A DNA stretch of 24,000 nucleotides from Bacillus taeanensis (GTDB lineage: Bacteria; Bacillota; Bacilli; Bacillales; UBA6769), in the NCBI RefSeq assembly GCF_003318295.1, contig NZ_QOCW01000018.1:32047-56046 (forward strand). Reading direction: 5' to 3'. The notes under the pieces were generated by a model that was not told the DNA's origin, did no database searches, and was given only the letters and a program-made list of their open reading frames with translations. The translations under genes were made by a program, and so were the position numbers. Each line of letters starts with the position of its first letter. Position 1 is the first letter of the stretch. Positions 1 through 7,464 of this stretch are shown in pieces.

Positions 1-13
1 CTTTCCCCCTCTA

Positions 14-325
14 TTAAAATGGTTGAAAGATCTGGATAAAGACCTCATAGTTATGGTTGTATGTTACCGTGAAGGCCACGTCATCCTTACCGGTCGTTTC
101 ATCATGTATTTCTTTAATTCCGTTGAGCGGTAAACAAAAATAGTTTCCCGTTATCGGCTCACTAACCATCAGTCGTTCCGGATGAAAGTGAACATCACCA
201 CATTTAACACGACTCATAAAGCTAAACCCCGCCCTATCTTCCATCTTATCCTGTAAGATTGCGTCAAAATTTTTCCCTTCATGCGCCTTTATCATTGTGA
301 TCAGTTTTCTCGCTAATTCCTTCAC
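14..325 (-). CDS. hypothetical protein, no family recognised
   Basis: ORF 14..403. The ATG at 403 has no RBS. A GGGGGGAG Shine-Dalgarno precedes the GTG at 325 (alternative ATG at 295). No motif recognised. Confidence 0.4.
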   Translation of the reverse strand: MKELARKLITMIKAHEGKNFDAILQDKMEDRAGFSFMSRVKCGDVHFHPERLMVSEPITGNYFCLPLNGIKEIHDETTGKDDVAFTVTYNHNYEVFIQIFQPF

Positions 326-420
326 TTTCACTCCCCCCTCGGTAATTTCATTATAAAAAGCTAAAAAACAATAGTGAAATACAAATAAACTATCGACAGG
401 CATTCAAAAAATGAATACAC

Positions 421-450
421 AAAAAGAGGCTGTCTCCATAGTGACAGCCC
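421..450 (-). terminator. rho-independent terminator downstream of the LysR gene
   Basis: Stem GGCTGTC (428-434) / GACAGCC (443-449). It is followed on the minus strand by a U-run (plus-strand A-run 421-426). Confidence 0.6.
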
Positions 451-456
451 CTTCAA

Positions 457-1341
457 TTAAATACCCTTCTTAAAATCCAATTTTTTAACAAAGTTAACAA
501 ACTCTTTAATCGCTTTTATTTCAAGAGATTCTTCATAATAAAGCATCCACGTTTTCCTTACAAGTGGTTTCCCGTTTTCATCCTGAAGCTTCATATAATA
601 TAAACTTTTATTATCCTCCACAAGTACACTCGGAAGAATCCCATATCCTAACCCATTCATTACCATTTCTTTGCATGTATCTGCTTTGTCAACTTCCATC
701 CCAATCAACGGAGGCTCAGAAAAGGTTCTAGTCCACCAATTATCAATTAATGATTTTAAGGTAGGATCGGTGTCATATTGAGTTCTTGTCATCGACGGTA
801 AATCCTGAAGCGCTATTTTTTCTTTTGAAGTGATGCAAATATTTTCTTCAAATAGAAGCTGCTTAGCTCCTCCCCAGTGATAATCTCCTCTCACAATTCC
901 AATGTGAACGTCACGATTATAAACATGGTTAAAAGCTTCATGACTCCATCCGGTTGTAACTTTATAGTTTACTTTTGGAAACTGTTCACTAAACAGCTTT
1001 AAAAGTCCTGGCAGCTTATGTCTTGTAATGTAATTAGAAACTCCTAACCTTAACGTTCCTCTTATTTCGTTATCCATGTTTTGAACCGTTTCTTTAATAT
1101 GACGAAGACGAGCAAGCATTTCATCTGCACATTTCACCAAATATTCTCCTTGTGGGGTAAATTGAACTCCTTTCGTTCCTCTACTAATAATCGCTTGATC
1201 GTATTCCTTTTCTATTTGTTGAATTCGCTTCGTTAACGAAGGTTGTGAAATATATAAACTTTGTGCTGTTTTTGTAATGTTCTTTTTTTCATACAAAACT
1301 TTTAATATTTTCCAATCGCGTTCATCCATACGGTCCTCCAT
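457..1341 (-). CDS. LysR-family transcriptional regulator
   Basis: 294 aa. N-terminal wHTH signature (NITKTAQSLYISQPSLTKRIQQIE) followed by a LysR substrate-binding-type C-terminal half. Confidence 0.85.
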   Translation of the reverse strand: MEDRMDERDWKILKVLYEKKNITKTAQSLYISQPSLTKRIQQIEKEYDQAIISRGTKGVQFTPQGEYLVKCADEMLARLRHIKETVQNMDNEIRGTLRLGVSNYITRHKLPGLLKLFSEQFPKVNYKVTTGWSHEAFNHVYNRDVHIGIVRGDYHWGGAKQLLFEENICITSKEKIALQDLPSMTRTQYDTDPTLKSLIDNWWTRTFSEPPLIGMEVDKADTCKEMVMNGLGYGILPSVLVEDNKSLYYMKLQDENGKPLVRKTWMLYYEESLEIKAIKEFVNFVKKLDFKKGI

Positions 1342-1511
1342 AAAGCTTTACAGGTAGATTTTTCTTTTACATTTATTAAACCATCGCACAATTTCTATAA
1401 AATCAGAAAAGCCACTGAGACAGAAAACTTGCCTCTTTTCCCATTTTAAAAGATTGAACTTGTCCCCTTAGTTCTTATTAATGAGTTAAAGAGTATGATT
1501 AAATGTCTTTC

Positions 1512-1781
1512 CTACATTTGAGTGATTCCAGTTACTAAAACCCAAAAGAATAAAACACTAAAAGATAAAGCAATTGTCAGTACTGCCAAAGTTATAAAAC
1601 GCTTTTTAATCAAACATACAACTGAAACAAAAATGCCGATTGCAGGAATCCCCAACCAGACGATATCCTGTAATAACTCGCTTTTTGATCCGATAACGCC
1701 AAGAAAATTAGTAAAAAACATCACCAACCAAAGAATTTGCAGTGCGAATACACTTTGTAGAGATAATTTAGTATTTAACAT
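1512..1781 (-). CDS. small integral membrane protein (hypothetical)
   Basis: 89 aa with about 3 hydrophobic helices. AAGGGGAG SD lies 6 nt upstream of the ATG at 1781. Confidence 0.55.
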   Translation of the reverse strand: MLNTKLSLQSVFALQILWLVMFFTNFLGVIGSKSELLQDIVWLGIPAIGIFVSVVCLIKKRFITLAVLTIALSFSVLFFWVLVTGITQM

Positions 1782-1863
1782 CCCAGTCTCCCCTTAACAA
1801 ATCCAATTAATTTTCTTCCACTATACCGCTTTTACTGAAACGTAAAATAGATTAATATTCTCT

Positions 1864-2370
1864 CTAGCCGACTTTCCCAACCATAACTGCCGCAGCTTTA
1901 TTTTCACGAAACCCAAATTCTATATTTATCTTATTTTCTTTATCAAAATAGCCAACCGTATTTAAGCCGCCTTCCACTCTTTCATAATAATTTTGACCAT
2001 ACTCTTTGATTACTTCTTCTTTTGTATCTCCAATTTTAATTCCTTTAGCCGTTTCATAATGTTTAGTGAAGTAATAGCGAATTACTTTGTCTGCCGCGAT
2101 TCCAAACTCTATCTCGTCATAACTTAAATATTTTGACTTTGGATTTGCTATTTCTTCCACATCATTCGGCTTTCCAAAAGCAGCTGTAACATCGTTTTCC
2201 GTTGAATGTATTGAAATAGATTTTACCTTTTCAGCCGACAAATCAATACTTTTCGTATCTTCATAAAAATCCATCGTGTCTTTTGCGAAAGGATCGTATC
2301 CTATTACAAATACAAACAGTAGGACACTCAAAATCTGTGCTGTTACTTTTATCATTCTTTTCAACATCAT
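1864..2370 (-). CDS. hypothetical membrane-anchored/secreted protein
   Basis: ORF 1864..2376. N-terminal hydrophobic anchor (VTAQILSVLLFVFVIG) then a soluble domain. Start probably the ATG at 2370. Confidence 0.55.
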   Translation of the reverse strand: MMLKRMIKVTAQILSVLLFVFVIGYDPFAKDTMDFYEDTKSIDLSAEKVKSISIHSTENDVTAAFGKPNDVEEIANPKSKYLSYDEIEFGIAADKVIRYYFTKHYETAKGIKIGDTKEEVIKEYGQNYYERVEGGLNTVGYFDKENKINIEFGFRENKAAAVMVGKVG

Positions 2371-2403
2371 CCGCACCCATTCAATGTGAAAGTTTTTATG
2401 TAA

Positions 2404-3219
2404 CTAGAAGAAAATTAAAAGCAATACGCCGACTCCGAAGCAGTAGTATGTAAAATAAATTAGTTTTCCGTTTTTCATAATGTTCATAAACCACTTTAAC
2501 GCAAAATACGTCATGAAAAGCGTTGCCAAAAATGCCGCTGCATACGGAAGCGCTAAGTCTGCTTTATTCGGTTCATTTAAAAAGTCTGAAAAACCAAGTA
2601 TGACACCGCCAAGACTTACCGGGATATACAGCATAAACGAAAAACGAAGCGCTGTCTCTTGTTTCATGCCAACTGCAAGTGCTGTAATAATCGTTGCTCC
2701 TGAACGACTGATGCCTGGCGTTAACGCGGCAGCCTGACCTAAGCCAACAAGAAACGCATCTTTTATGGTAAGATGCTGTTCGTCTTTTCTTCCTTTACTA
2801 TTTCGAATCAACCACAGTGCTGTACCTGTCACAAAGAGCATCAAGGCAATTGTTGTGATAGTCACATTTTCAGCAATATAGTCATTTAGCAGTATCCCAA
2901 GAACACCCGCTGGAATTGTGCCAATGATGATGAAGAAAATAAAACGAAAATCACTTTTAAAGCGCGAATTTCTCGTTTTCAAATAATACATCGAGTTCAC
3001 GATCAGTCTGATGATATCTTGTTTGTATATGTAGAGAATCGCAAGCAGTGAAGCGGTATTTGTTAAAATCGCAAACGTAAATCCTTGTTCACCGAGACCC
3101 AACATTTCACTCGCAATCATCACATGTCCGCTCGACGAGACCGGAATTGGTTCGGTAAAGCCCTGCACGAGCCCGATTACGATCATTTTAATCATATAGA
3201 TAAACTCTGATTCCCCCAT
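2404..3219 (-). CDS. uppP: undecaprenyl-diphosphate phosphatase (BacA/UppP)
   Basis: 271 aa polytopic protein. Carries the UppP signatures GLVQGFTEPIPVSSSGH and PGISRSGATI. Confidence 0.9.
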   Translation of the reverse strand: MGESEFIYMIKMIVIGLVQGFTEPIPVSSSGHVMIASEMLGLGEQGFTFAILTNTASLLAILYIYKQDIIRLIVNSMYYLKTRNSRFKSDFRFIFFIIIGTIPAGVLGILLNDYIAENVTITTIALMLFVTGTALWLIRNSKGRKDEQHLTIKDAFLVGLGQAAALTPGISRSGATIITALAVGMKQETALRFSFMLYIPVSLGGVILGFSDFLNEPNKADLALPYAAAFLATLFMTYFALKWFMNIMKNGKLIYFTYYCFGVGVLLLIFF

Positions 3220-3301
3220 GTTATCCCCCTAGCTAATTGTTAACGGTTATAAAGCAGACTCCCATCAGTGAGGGGTTTTCATCATCCCCATTGATCATGT
3301 C

Positions 3302-4144
3302 TTACTGCCCGTGATGACGCGGTAAAAATTGACCAGCCTCTATCCTAGCAGCATTTTTTCCCTTAACCTGCTTTAATGTCGCTACAATCAGAAAGCTAAC
3401 AATTACTAATAACAGCCATGAACTTACCTTTCCGAGATGCACGATACTCCATGCCTCGGTTTGGTTCGGATATTGCCACGCTCCAAAGAACGTTGCGATA
3501 TTTTCAGCGATCCATATAAAAAAGCCAATGAGCACAAATGAAAGCGCGAGCGGCATACGATAGCGAGTTCCACTAACCTCGTATGTAACCGATGATTGCC
3601 AAAAGACGATCAGTACAAGTCCGGATAACCACCACCGAACGTCAATCCAATAATGGTGGGTGAAAAAATTTAAATAAATTGCCGATGCAAGCGGTACAAC
3701 AACTAAAAACGGCGGCCATTTAACTAGCTCAACGTTAAGCCTCCGCCACGCCTGGCAAAGATAACTCGCTACACTTGCGTACATGAACCCACTGTACAAA
3801 GGCACTCCGAAAATTTTAAAAATTGCTTCCTCCGGATAAGACCAAGAGCCCATTTGCACTTTGAATAGTTCAAGCGCAAGTCCGATCAGGTGAAACAATG
3901 TGATTACCTTTAGTTCATCGCGTGTTTCAAGCCCGGAGCGCACCATCCACCACTGCATCAAAAGGCAGATGATCAAGAGCCAGTCATACCTCGCGAGGAA
4001 CGGAAGCGAGATGAGTTGTGTAAAAGCCAAAGATGCAAAAATAACGACAGGAAACAAACATGATAAGGCCTGTTCCCAGCCAAAACGAATGAGTTGTTTT
4101 AGTGCTCTCATAATTTCTGCCTCCAACGTTTTTTTGAATATCAT
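3302..4144 (-). CDS. DUF817-family integral membrane protein (YoaT-like)
   Basis: 280 aa with multiple TM helices. Sits next to an HTH/DUF2975 pair, as I recall for B. subtilis yoaS-yozG-yoaT. Family assignment is from memory. Confidence 0.65.
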   Translation of the reverse strand: MIFKKTLEAEIMRALKQLIRFGWEQALSCLFPVVIFASLAFTQLISLPFLARYDWLLIICLLMQWWMVRSGLETRDELKVITLFHLIGLALELFKVQMGSWSYPEEAIFKIFGVPLYSGFMYASVASYLCQAWRRLNVELVKWPPFLVVVPLASAIYLNFFTHHYWIDVRWWLSGLVLIVFWQSSVTYEVSGTRYRMPLALSFVLIGFFIWIAENIATFFGAWQYPNQTEAWSIVHLGKVSSWLLLVIVSFLIVATLKQVKGKNAARIEAGQFLPRHHGQ

Positions 4145-4169
4145 GTAAGTCCTGCCCTATTTATTAATC

Positions 4170-4385
4170 TTATGAATCTTCATCGCTGCGGTATTCTAAA
4201 ATATCGCCTGGCTGACAGTCTAACGCTTTACAAATTGCCTCTAACGTTGATAATCGAACCGCTTTCGCCTTACCATTTTTTAATATAGAAAGATTCGCCA
4301 TTGTTATTCCAACACGCTCAGATAGTTCTGTTACACTCATTTTCCTTTTAGCCAGCATCACGTCAATGTTGATTATAATCGCCAT
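4170..4385 (-). CDS. XRE/Cro-type HTH transcriptional regulator (YozG-like)
   Basis: HTH segment MSVTELSERVGITMANLSILKNGKAKAVRLSTLEAICKAL. GAGGTG SD lies 6 nt before the ATG at 4385. The SD overlaps the stop of the upstream gene, suggesting translational coupling. Confidence 0.8.
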   Translation of the reverse strand: MAIIINIDVMLAKRKMSVTELSERVGITMANLSILKNGKAKAVRLSTLEAICKALDCQPGDILEYRSDEDS

Positions 4386-4395
4386 TGTATTCACC

Positions 4396-4878
4396 TCAGA
4401 CCGTTAAATCATTTTCTGATTTTATATCGATCGCTTCTTTTAAAAGTTTTTGAAGAACAGCCGCAAACACTGCTATTACCATTGAAGCAAAAATGATGAT
4501 CATTCCAATCAGGATGACACCTGGCGCATCATCTACTTCGCCGATGAGATAGAAAATCGGCATGTTGATTACATAGATAATACTAATTGCAATCGCACAA
4601 TATTTAATAGTTTTTAAAGCTTTTACCGAAATTTGGGAGAACGCTTTGTTTGTATCAATATAACTTAACAATTTAAAAGCTTGATACAGTGCAAAGTAAA
4701 AGGGAATTGCCGCGGCATACAAACCGATTAACGTGTAATATTTCATAAAAGCTACATCCGCAGCTAATTGCGCCGCATAATCCGCAATCTCAGGCACCAA
4801 AAAGATGCACACAGCAAGAACCGGAAGCCCAATTATAATCACCGCGATCTTTAAAAAAAGTGTTGTTCCTCGTTTCAT
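4396..4878 (-). CDS. DUF2975-like membrane protein (YoaS-like)
   Basis: Four predicted TM helices, co-transcribed with the small HTH gene. GAGGTG SD precedes the ATG at 4878; the track start at 4896 has no RBS. Confidence 0.65.
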   Translation of the reverse strand: MKRGTTLFLKIAVIIIGLPVLAVCIFLVPEIADYAAQLAADVAFMKYYTLIGLYAAAIPFYFALYQAFKLLSYIDTNKAFSQISVKALKTIKYCAIAISIIYVINMPIFYLIGEVDDAPGVILIGMIIIFASMVIAVFAAVLQKLLKEAIDIKSENDLTV

Positions 4879-5010
4879 GAAAAGCACCTCACTCATTTAT
4901 TGTCATTTTAAATCTAACACGTTATTTATCGTTTTACAATAAATTTTTATTTATTTTTATAATATTATTATTGTTATGGAATTATTCGTTTTATTTTAGA
5001 CAAAGAAAAA

Positions 5011-5042
5011 AAGCATTCCTTCTGACAAAGAAATGCTTTCTA
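5011..5042 (-). terminator. probable rho-independent terminator
   Basis: Imperfect stem GCATTCCTT / AAGAAATGC with a 6-nt loop, followed by a U-run on the minus strand (plus-strand A-run around 5006-5012). Confidence 0.45.
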
Positions 5043-5166
5043 AATTTAAGATTTAATTGATAAATGATTTAATAAACACACCTTAATATATTGTATAAAA
5101 GCAGCGGGAACAGGTATCTTTCTTCTTTTTCCAGTTTAGAGCATACAACATGTCTCCTTGGCTTCA

Positions 5167-5478
5167 TTATTCGTAATAAGGTTTATATGTAAAAGGAATA
5201 AATCTTCCTAAAATCCCTATCCCCTCTACAAATGTGAAACCACCATCTTCTCTTTCTAATTCAGTTCCTATTTTATTGAACAAAAAATAATCATCGATTT
5301 CTTTGCTTACCACTTTATAATGAATCGAGTTCAATAGACACTCATTTCCGCTGCATTCTATATTATACTCACTTGTTAACCAGTCATCAAAAGTATGGGG
5401 AGATGGTTTTGTAACGGCAAGAATTATTAGGAACAGTATTAAGCAGGTGGCAATCATTAATTTTTGTTTCTTTTTCAT
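5167..5478 (-). CDS. hypothetical membrane-anchored protein
   Basis: 103 aa with an N-terminal signal/anchor (KKKQKLMIATCLILFLIILAV). AAGGGGAAG SD lies upstream of the ATG at 5478. Confidence 0.6.
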   Translation of the reverse strand: MKKKQKLMIATCLILFLIILAVTKPSPHTFDDWLTSEYNIECSGNECLLNSIHYKVVSKEIDDYFLFNKIGTELEREDGGFTFVEGIGILGRFIPFTYKPYYE

Positions 5479-5640
5479 TTAAAAGCTTCCCCTTTTAATT
5501 TATCAAGATCCTCAATAATTACATTCGTATAAGCGATCACCTAGTATTTTATAACTTATCAAACTAACTTCATTTCTTTAACAAGAAAAGCAGTATCTCT
5601 TATTCCACTCTTGAACCTGTTATTTTAAAGGGATTGTTGT

Positions 5641-5802
5641 TTACCTTTCTTGTTGTTTCTTACAATATAAAAAAGCAGCTAAAAAACATCCAAATCCTAT
5701 TATATTCATAATTATATTACCTATATCGCCAATACTATTAATCGTTAATCCAATCAAAAAACTACCAAACAAAATAAATAGGATTGCAAAAACCAACTTC
5801 AA
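5641..5802 (-). CDS. possible 53-aa two-helix membrane peptide (below the ORF-track cutoff)
   Basis: Hand translation from TTG 5802: (M)KLVFAILFILFGSFLIGLTINSIGDIGNIIMNIIGFGCFLAAFLYCKKQQER*. AGGA lies about 9 nt upstream. Alternative TTG start at 5811. Confidence 0.3.
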   Translation of the reverse strand: MKLVFAILFILFGSFLIGLTINSIGDIGNIIMNIIGFGCFLAAFLYCKKQQER

Positions 5803-5915
5803 ATTATCCAATCCTGGTTAAATCCGACTATATAAAACCATCTAAATTCATATAAAATAACTAAAATCATGTTTTATTATAGAAAAAACAGATCTAACCA
5901 GATTCACCTCCTTTT

Positions 5916-7163
5916 TTATTCATGTTTATTCAAAAAATAAATGTGGTTAAAACGCCATAAAAGCTTAAGGCGGTTTATTCCATATCTTTTTAAAACCTTT
6001 CCTTCAGTCGTCGTCAGGTTACACTGCTTCTTTTTAGGATAAAGTGCTGTGATATATCCTTCATAGACGTCCCCATTTCGTTTCGTATAACGGACAAAGT
6101 CTCGATGGTGAAAATCATTGACTTTGTCTATTTTCTTTTTGGAACGTCTTCTCATCGGTTTGATGCACCAATCCTTGATGTGACACTGCTTAGAAGAAAC
6201 GTGTAACTGGGAAAGAACAATGGCATCGTTTGAATGGGATTTTCCAATTGCCCAGTCTATCCGCCGATTGGCCGTATCTCCTCCTGTTGTGAGCGTAAGA
6301 GGCCCGATTTTTTTCAATTCCTGTTGAAAATAAGTTTTCCCCTGCATCACGTGCATCGCATCATGGAAAGCGATCTTTTTTCCACGAATCTTTTTGAAAA
6401 ATCGTTCCGCATGATCCGATTCTTCTCCTGTTACTTGTTCGTGACAAGAGGAACAGAGTGTGATGAAGTTGTGTATCGAGTCAGAGCCTTGTAAACGTCT
6501 AGGAATAATATGATGAACTTCTAAGCGACAATGAGTATTTCCACAATCTTGACACGTAAAATGATCTCTCATTAACGCTGCTTTTCGTAAGTTTTCATCT
6601 AATCGATTGGATTTTTGATAATCCCACTGATAAGGTTGACTGCCTTTTTCCAACTTACGAATATCAATCATCACATTTTCTAAATGAATGTGGTTCACGC
6701 GAGTCCATTTCATTAGTTTGTTTAACAAGCGTAATGTTGCTTCTTTTTTTTGTTTGATACTTGGTGGGGTACGACCTTCTCTTGTTGATGATGAACGGTT
6801 ATGAAACCGTTTTGGACGATTTTTTTTGTGAGAGCGTTTATACCTTCTATAACTTCTTCTTGTGTCCATTTTATCTTTTACATCGGTGCGGTGTTCGATT
6901 GTTCCTTTAAAGACCGGTTTGTTTTTTGTTTGGCATTCTTGCACAAGGGCAATGCCAGTAAATTTAGAGCCATCATCGATATTAAAATGAATCAGTGTTT
7001 GATCGATTTTTTCGTCTGCCACTTCCTTAAAAAGTTGAATGACCATTGGAAACTTGTTGATGAGTGCTGCTTTGTTTTTTCGAATAAGAACCCAACCGCG
7101 ATTTTCATTTGTCGGAGAGAGTTTCCTTCCTTTTCCATCTAACACAAAACAGTATGAGACCAT
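5916..7163 (-). CDS. iscB: IscB-type RNA-guided endonuclease (OMEGA effector; RuvC with inserted HNH)
   Basis: 415 aa, uninterrupted, with AAGGAGG SD 10 nt before the ATG at 7163. PLMP-like N-terminus: CFVLDGKGRKLSP...FPMVIQL. RuvC-I: NIDDGSKFTGIALV (D63). Arg-rich bridge helix: RRSYRRYKRSHKKNRPKRFHNR (residues 102-123). RuvC-II: HIHLENV (E162). HNH with zinc knuckles: CQDC...EVHHIIPR...N232...CSSCH (C204/C207/C237/C240, H217/H218). RuvC-III: GKSHSNDA (H310, D313). Basic C-terminal tail. Collinear by eye with my recollection of OgeuIscB. Confidence 0.88.
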   Translation of the reverse strand: MVSYCFVLDGKGRKLSPTNENRGWVLIRKNKAALINKFPMVIQLFKEVADEKIDQTLIHFNIDDGSKFTGIALVQECQTKNKPVFKGTIEHRTDVKDKMDTRRSYRRYKRSHKKNRPKRFHNRSSSTREGRTPPSIKQKKEATLRLLNKLMKWTRVNHIHLENVMIDIRKLEKGSQPYQWDYQKSNRLDENLRKAALMRDHFTCQDCGNTHCRLEVHHIIPRRLQGSDSIHNFITLCSSCHEQVTGEESDHAERFFKKIRGKKIAFHDAMHVMQGKTYFQQELKKIGPLTLTTGGDTANRRIDWAIGKSHSNDAIVLSQLHVSSKQCHIKDWCIKPMRRRSKKKIDKVNDFHHRDFVRYTKRNGDVYEGYITALYPKKKQCNLTTTEGKVLKRYGINRLKLLWRFNHIYFLNKHE

Positions 7164-7391
7164 CTCTGGTCAGCCTCCTTCGAAAAGGGGATTGTTCTCC
7201 TTGCCAAAGTCATCAGACGGGATGTGTGCGTTCGCTGTTTCGTTTCCAAGAGGTAGGAAACAGTCTTACTTAGCACTCATAGAGCCTCAGACTGGAGAAA
7301 CATCCAAGGGTATGTCTGAACCGCTCCCTGACAACGTAGTTCATCATGCTGTCTTTCTTTCAAAAGACTACACTCACTGAGGCTTGAAAGC
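7164..7391 (-). ncRNA. candidate omega-RNA (HEARO-type) scaffold of IscB; the 5' end may extend to about 7475
   Basis: Abuts the iscB start on the same strand. About 47% G+C by hand count for 7164-7380, versus about 32% for 7381-7500. Perfect 8-bp long-range pairing AGCCUCAG (7384->7377) / CUGAGGCU (7290->7283). The first arm lies in the loop of a 7-bp stem, CUUUCAA (7390->7384) / UUGAAAG (7363->7357). Further hairpins at 7242-7261, 7300-7315 and 7177-7188. Confidence 0.6.
7174..7180 (-). promoter_or_regulatory. Shine-Dalgarno of iscB (AAGGAGG)
   Basis: Minus-strand AAGGAGG lies 10 nt upstream of the ATG. Its first four nt form the 3' arm of a CCUU-UUCG-AAGG hairpin (7177-7188). Confidence 0.7.
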
Positions 7392-7402
7392 ACAAAACAG
7401 TT

Positions 7403-7464
7403 CATATAAAACCAAGTCCTCTCGATTTTATATGATTTTTTACGGTTTTATACGAAATAAAACC
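7403..7464. repeat. two adjacent perfect AT-rich hairpins (possible IS200/605-type subterminal structures or the 5' part of the omega-RNA)
   Basis: Plus strand: CATATAAAA (7403-7411) / TTTTATATG (7426-7434) with a 14-nt loop. Also GGTTTTAT (7444-7451) / ATAAAACC (7457-7464) with a 5-nt loop. An alternative 9-bp pairing is possible between 7405-7413 and 7444-7452. Confidence 0.5.

Noticed and set aside
3240-3300. Possible terminator after the DUF817 gene (CTCCC...GGGG)
   Set aside because: Only 3-4 contiguous base pairs can form, which is too weak to call.
1522-4148. Plus-strand ORFs 1522..1797, 2480..2737 and 3900..4148
   Set aside because: Each lies antisense within a better-supported minus-strand membrane-protein gene and lacks an RBS.
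6234-7142. Plus-strand ORFs 6234..6494 and 6801..7142 inside iscB
   Set aside because: These are shadow ORFs antisense to a well-supported gene. They have no RBS and no recognisable motif.
5916-7163. Alternative identities for the 415-aa protein: Cas9, TnpB, IsrB, a free-standing HNH homing endonuclease, or a group II intron ORF
   Set aside because: Cas9: the protein is far too small, has no REC lobe, and there is no array or tracrRNA context. TnpB: TnpB has no HNH and no PLMP-type N-terminus, and its guide RNA lies 3' of the gene. IsrB: IsrB lacks the HNH insert that is present here. Plain HNH or intron ORF: neither explains the RuvC-I/II/III motifs flanking the HNH or the bridge helix, and there is no reverse-transcriptase domain.
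7039-7380. 113-aa plus-strand ORF covering the iscB start and the whole leader
   Set aside because: It is antisense to iscB and to the structured leader. It has no SD, and its composition looks like a mirror of the opposite strand. The helices in this region explain the sequence better than coding does.
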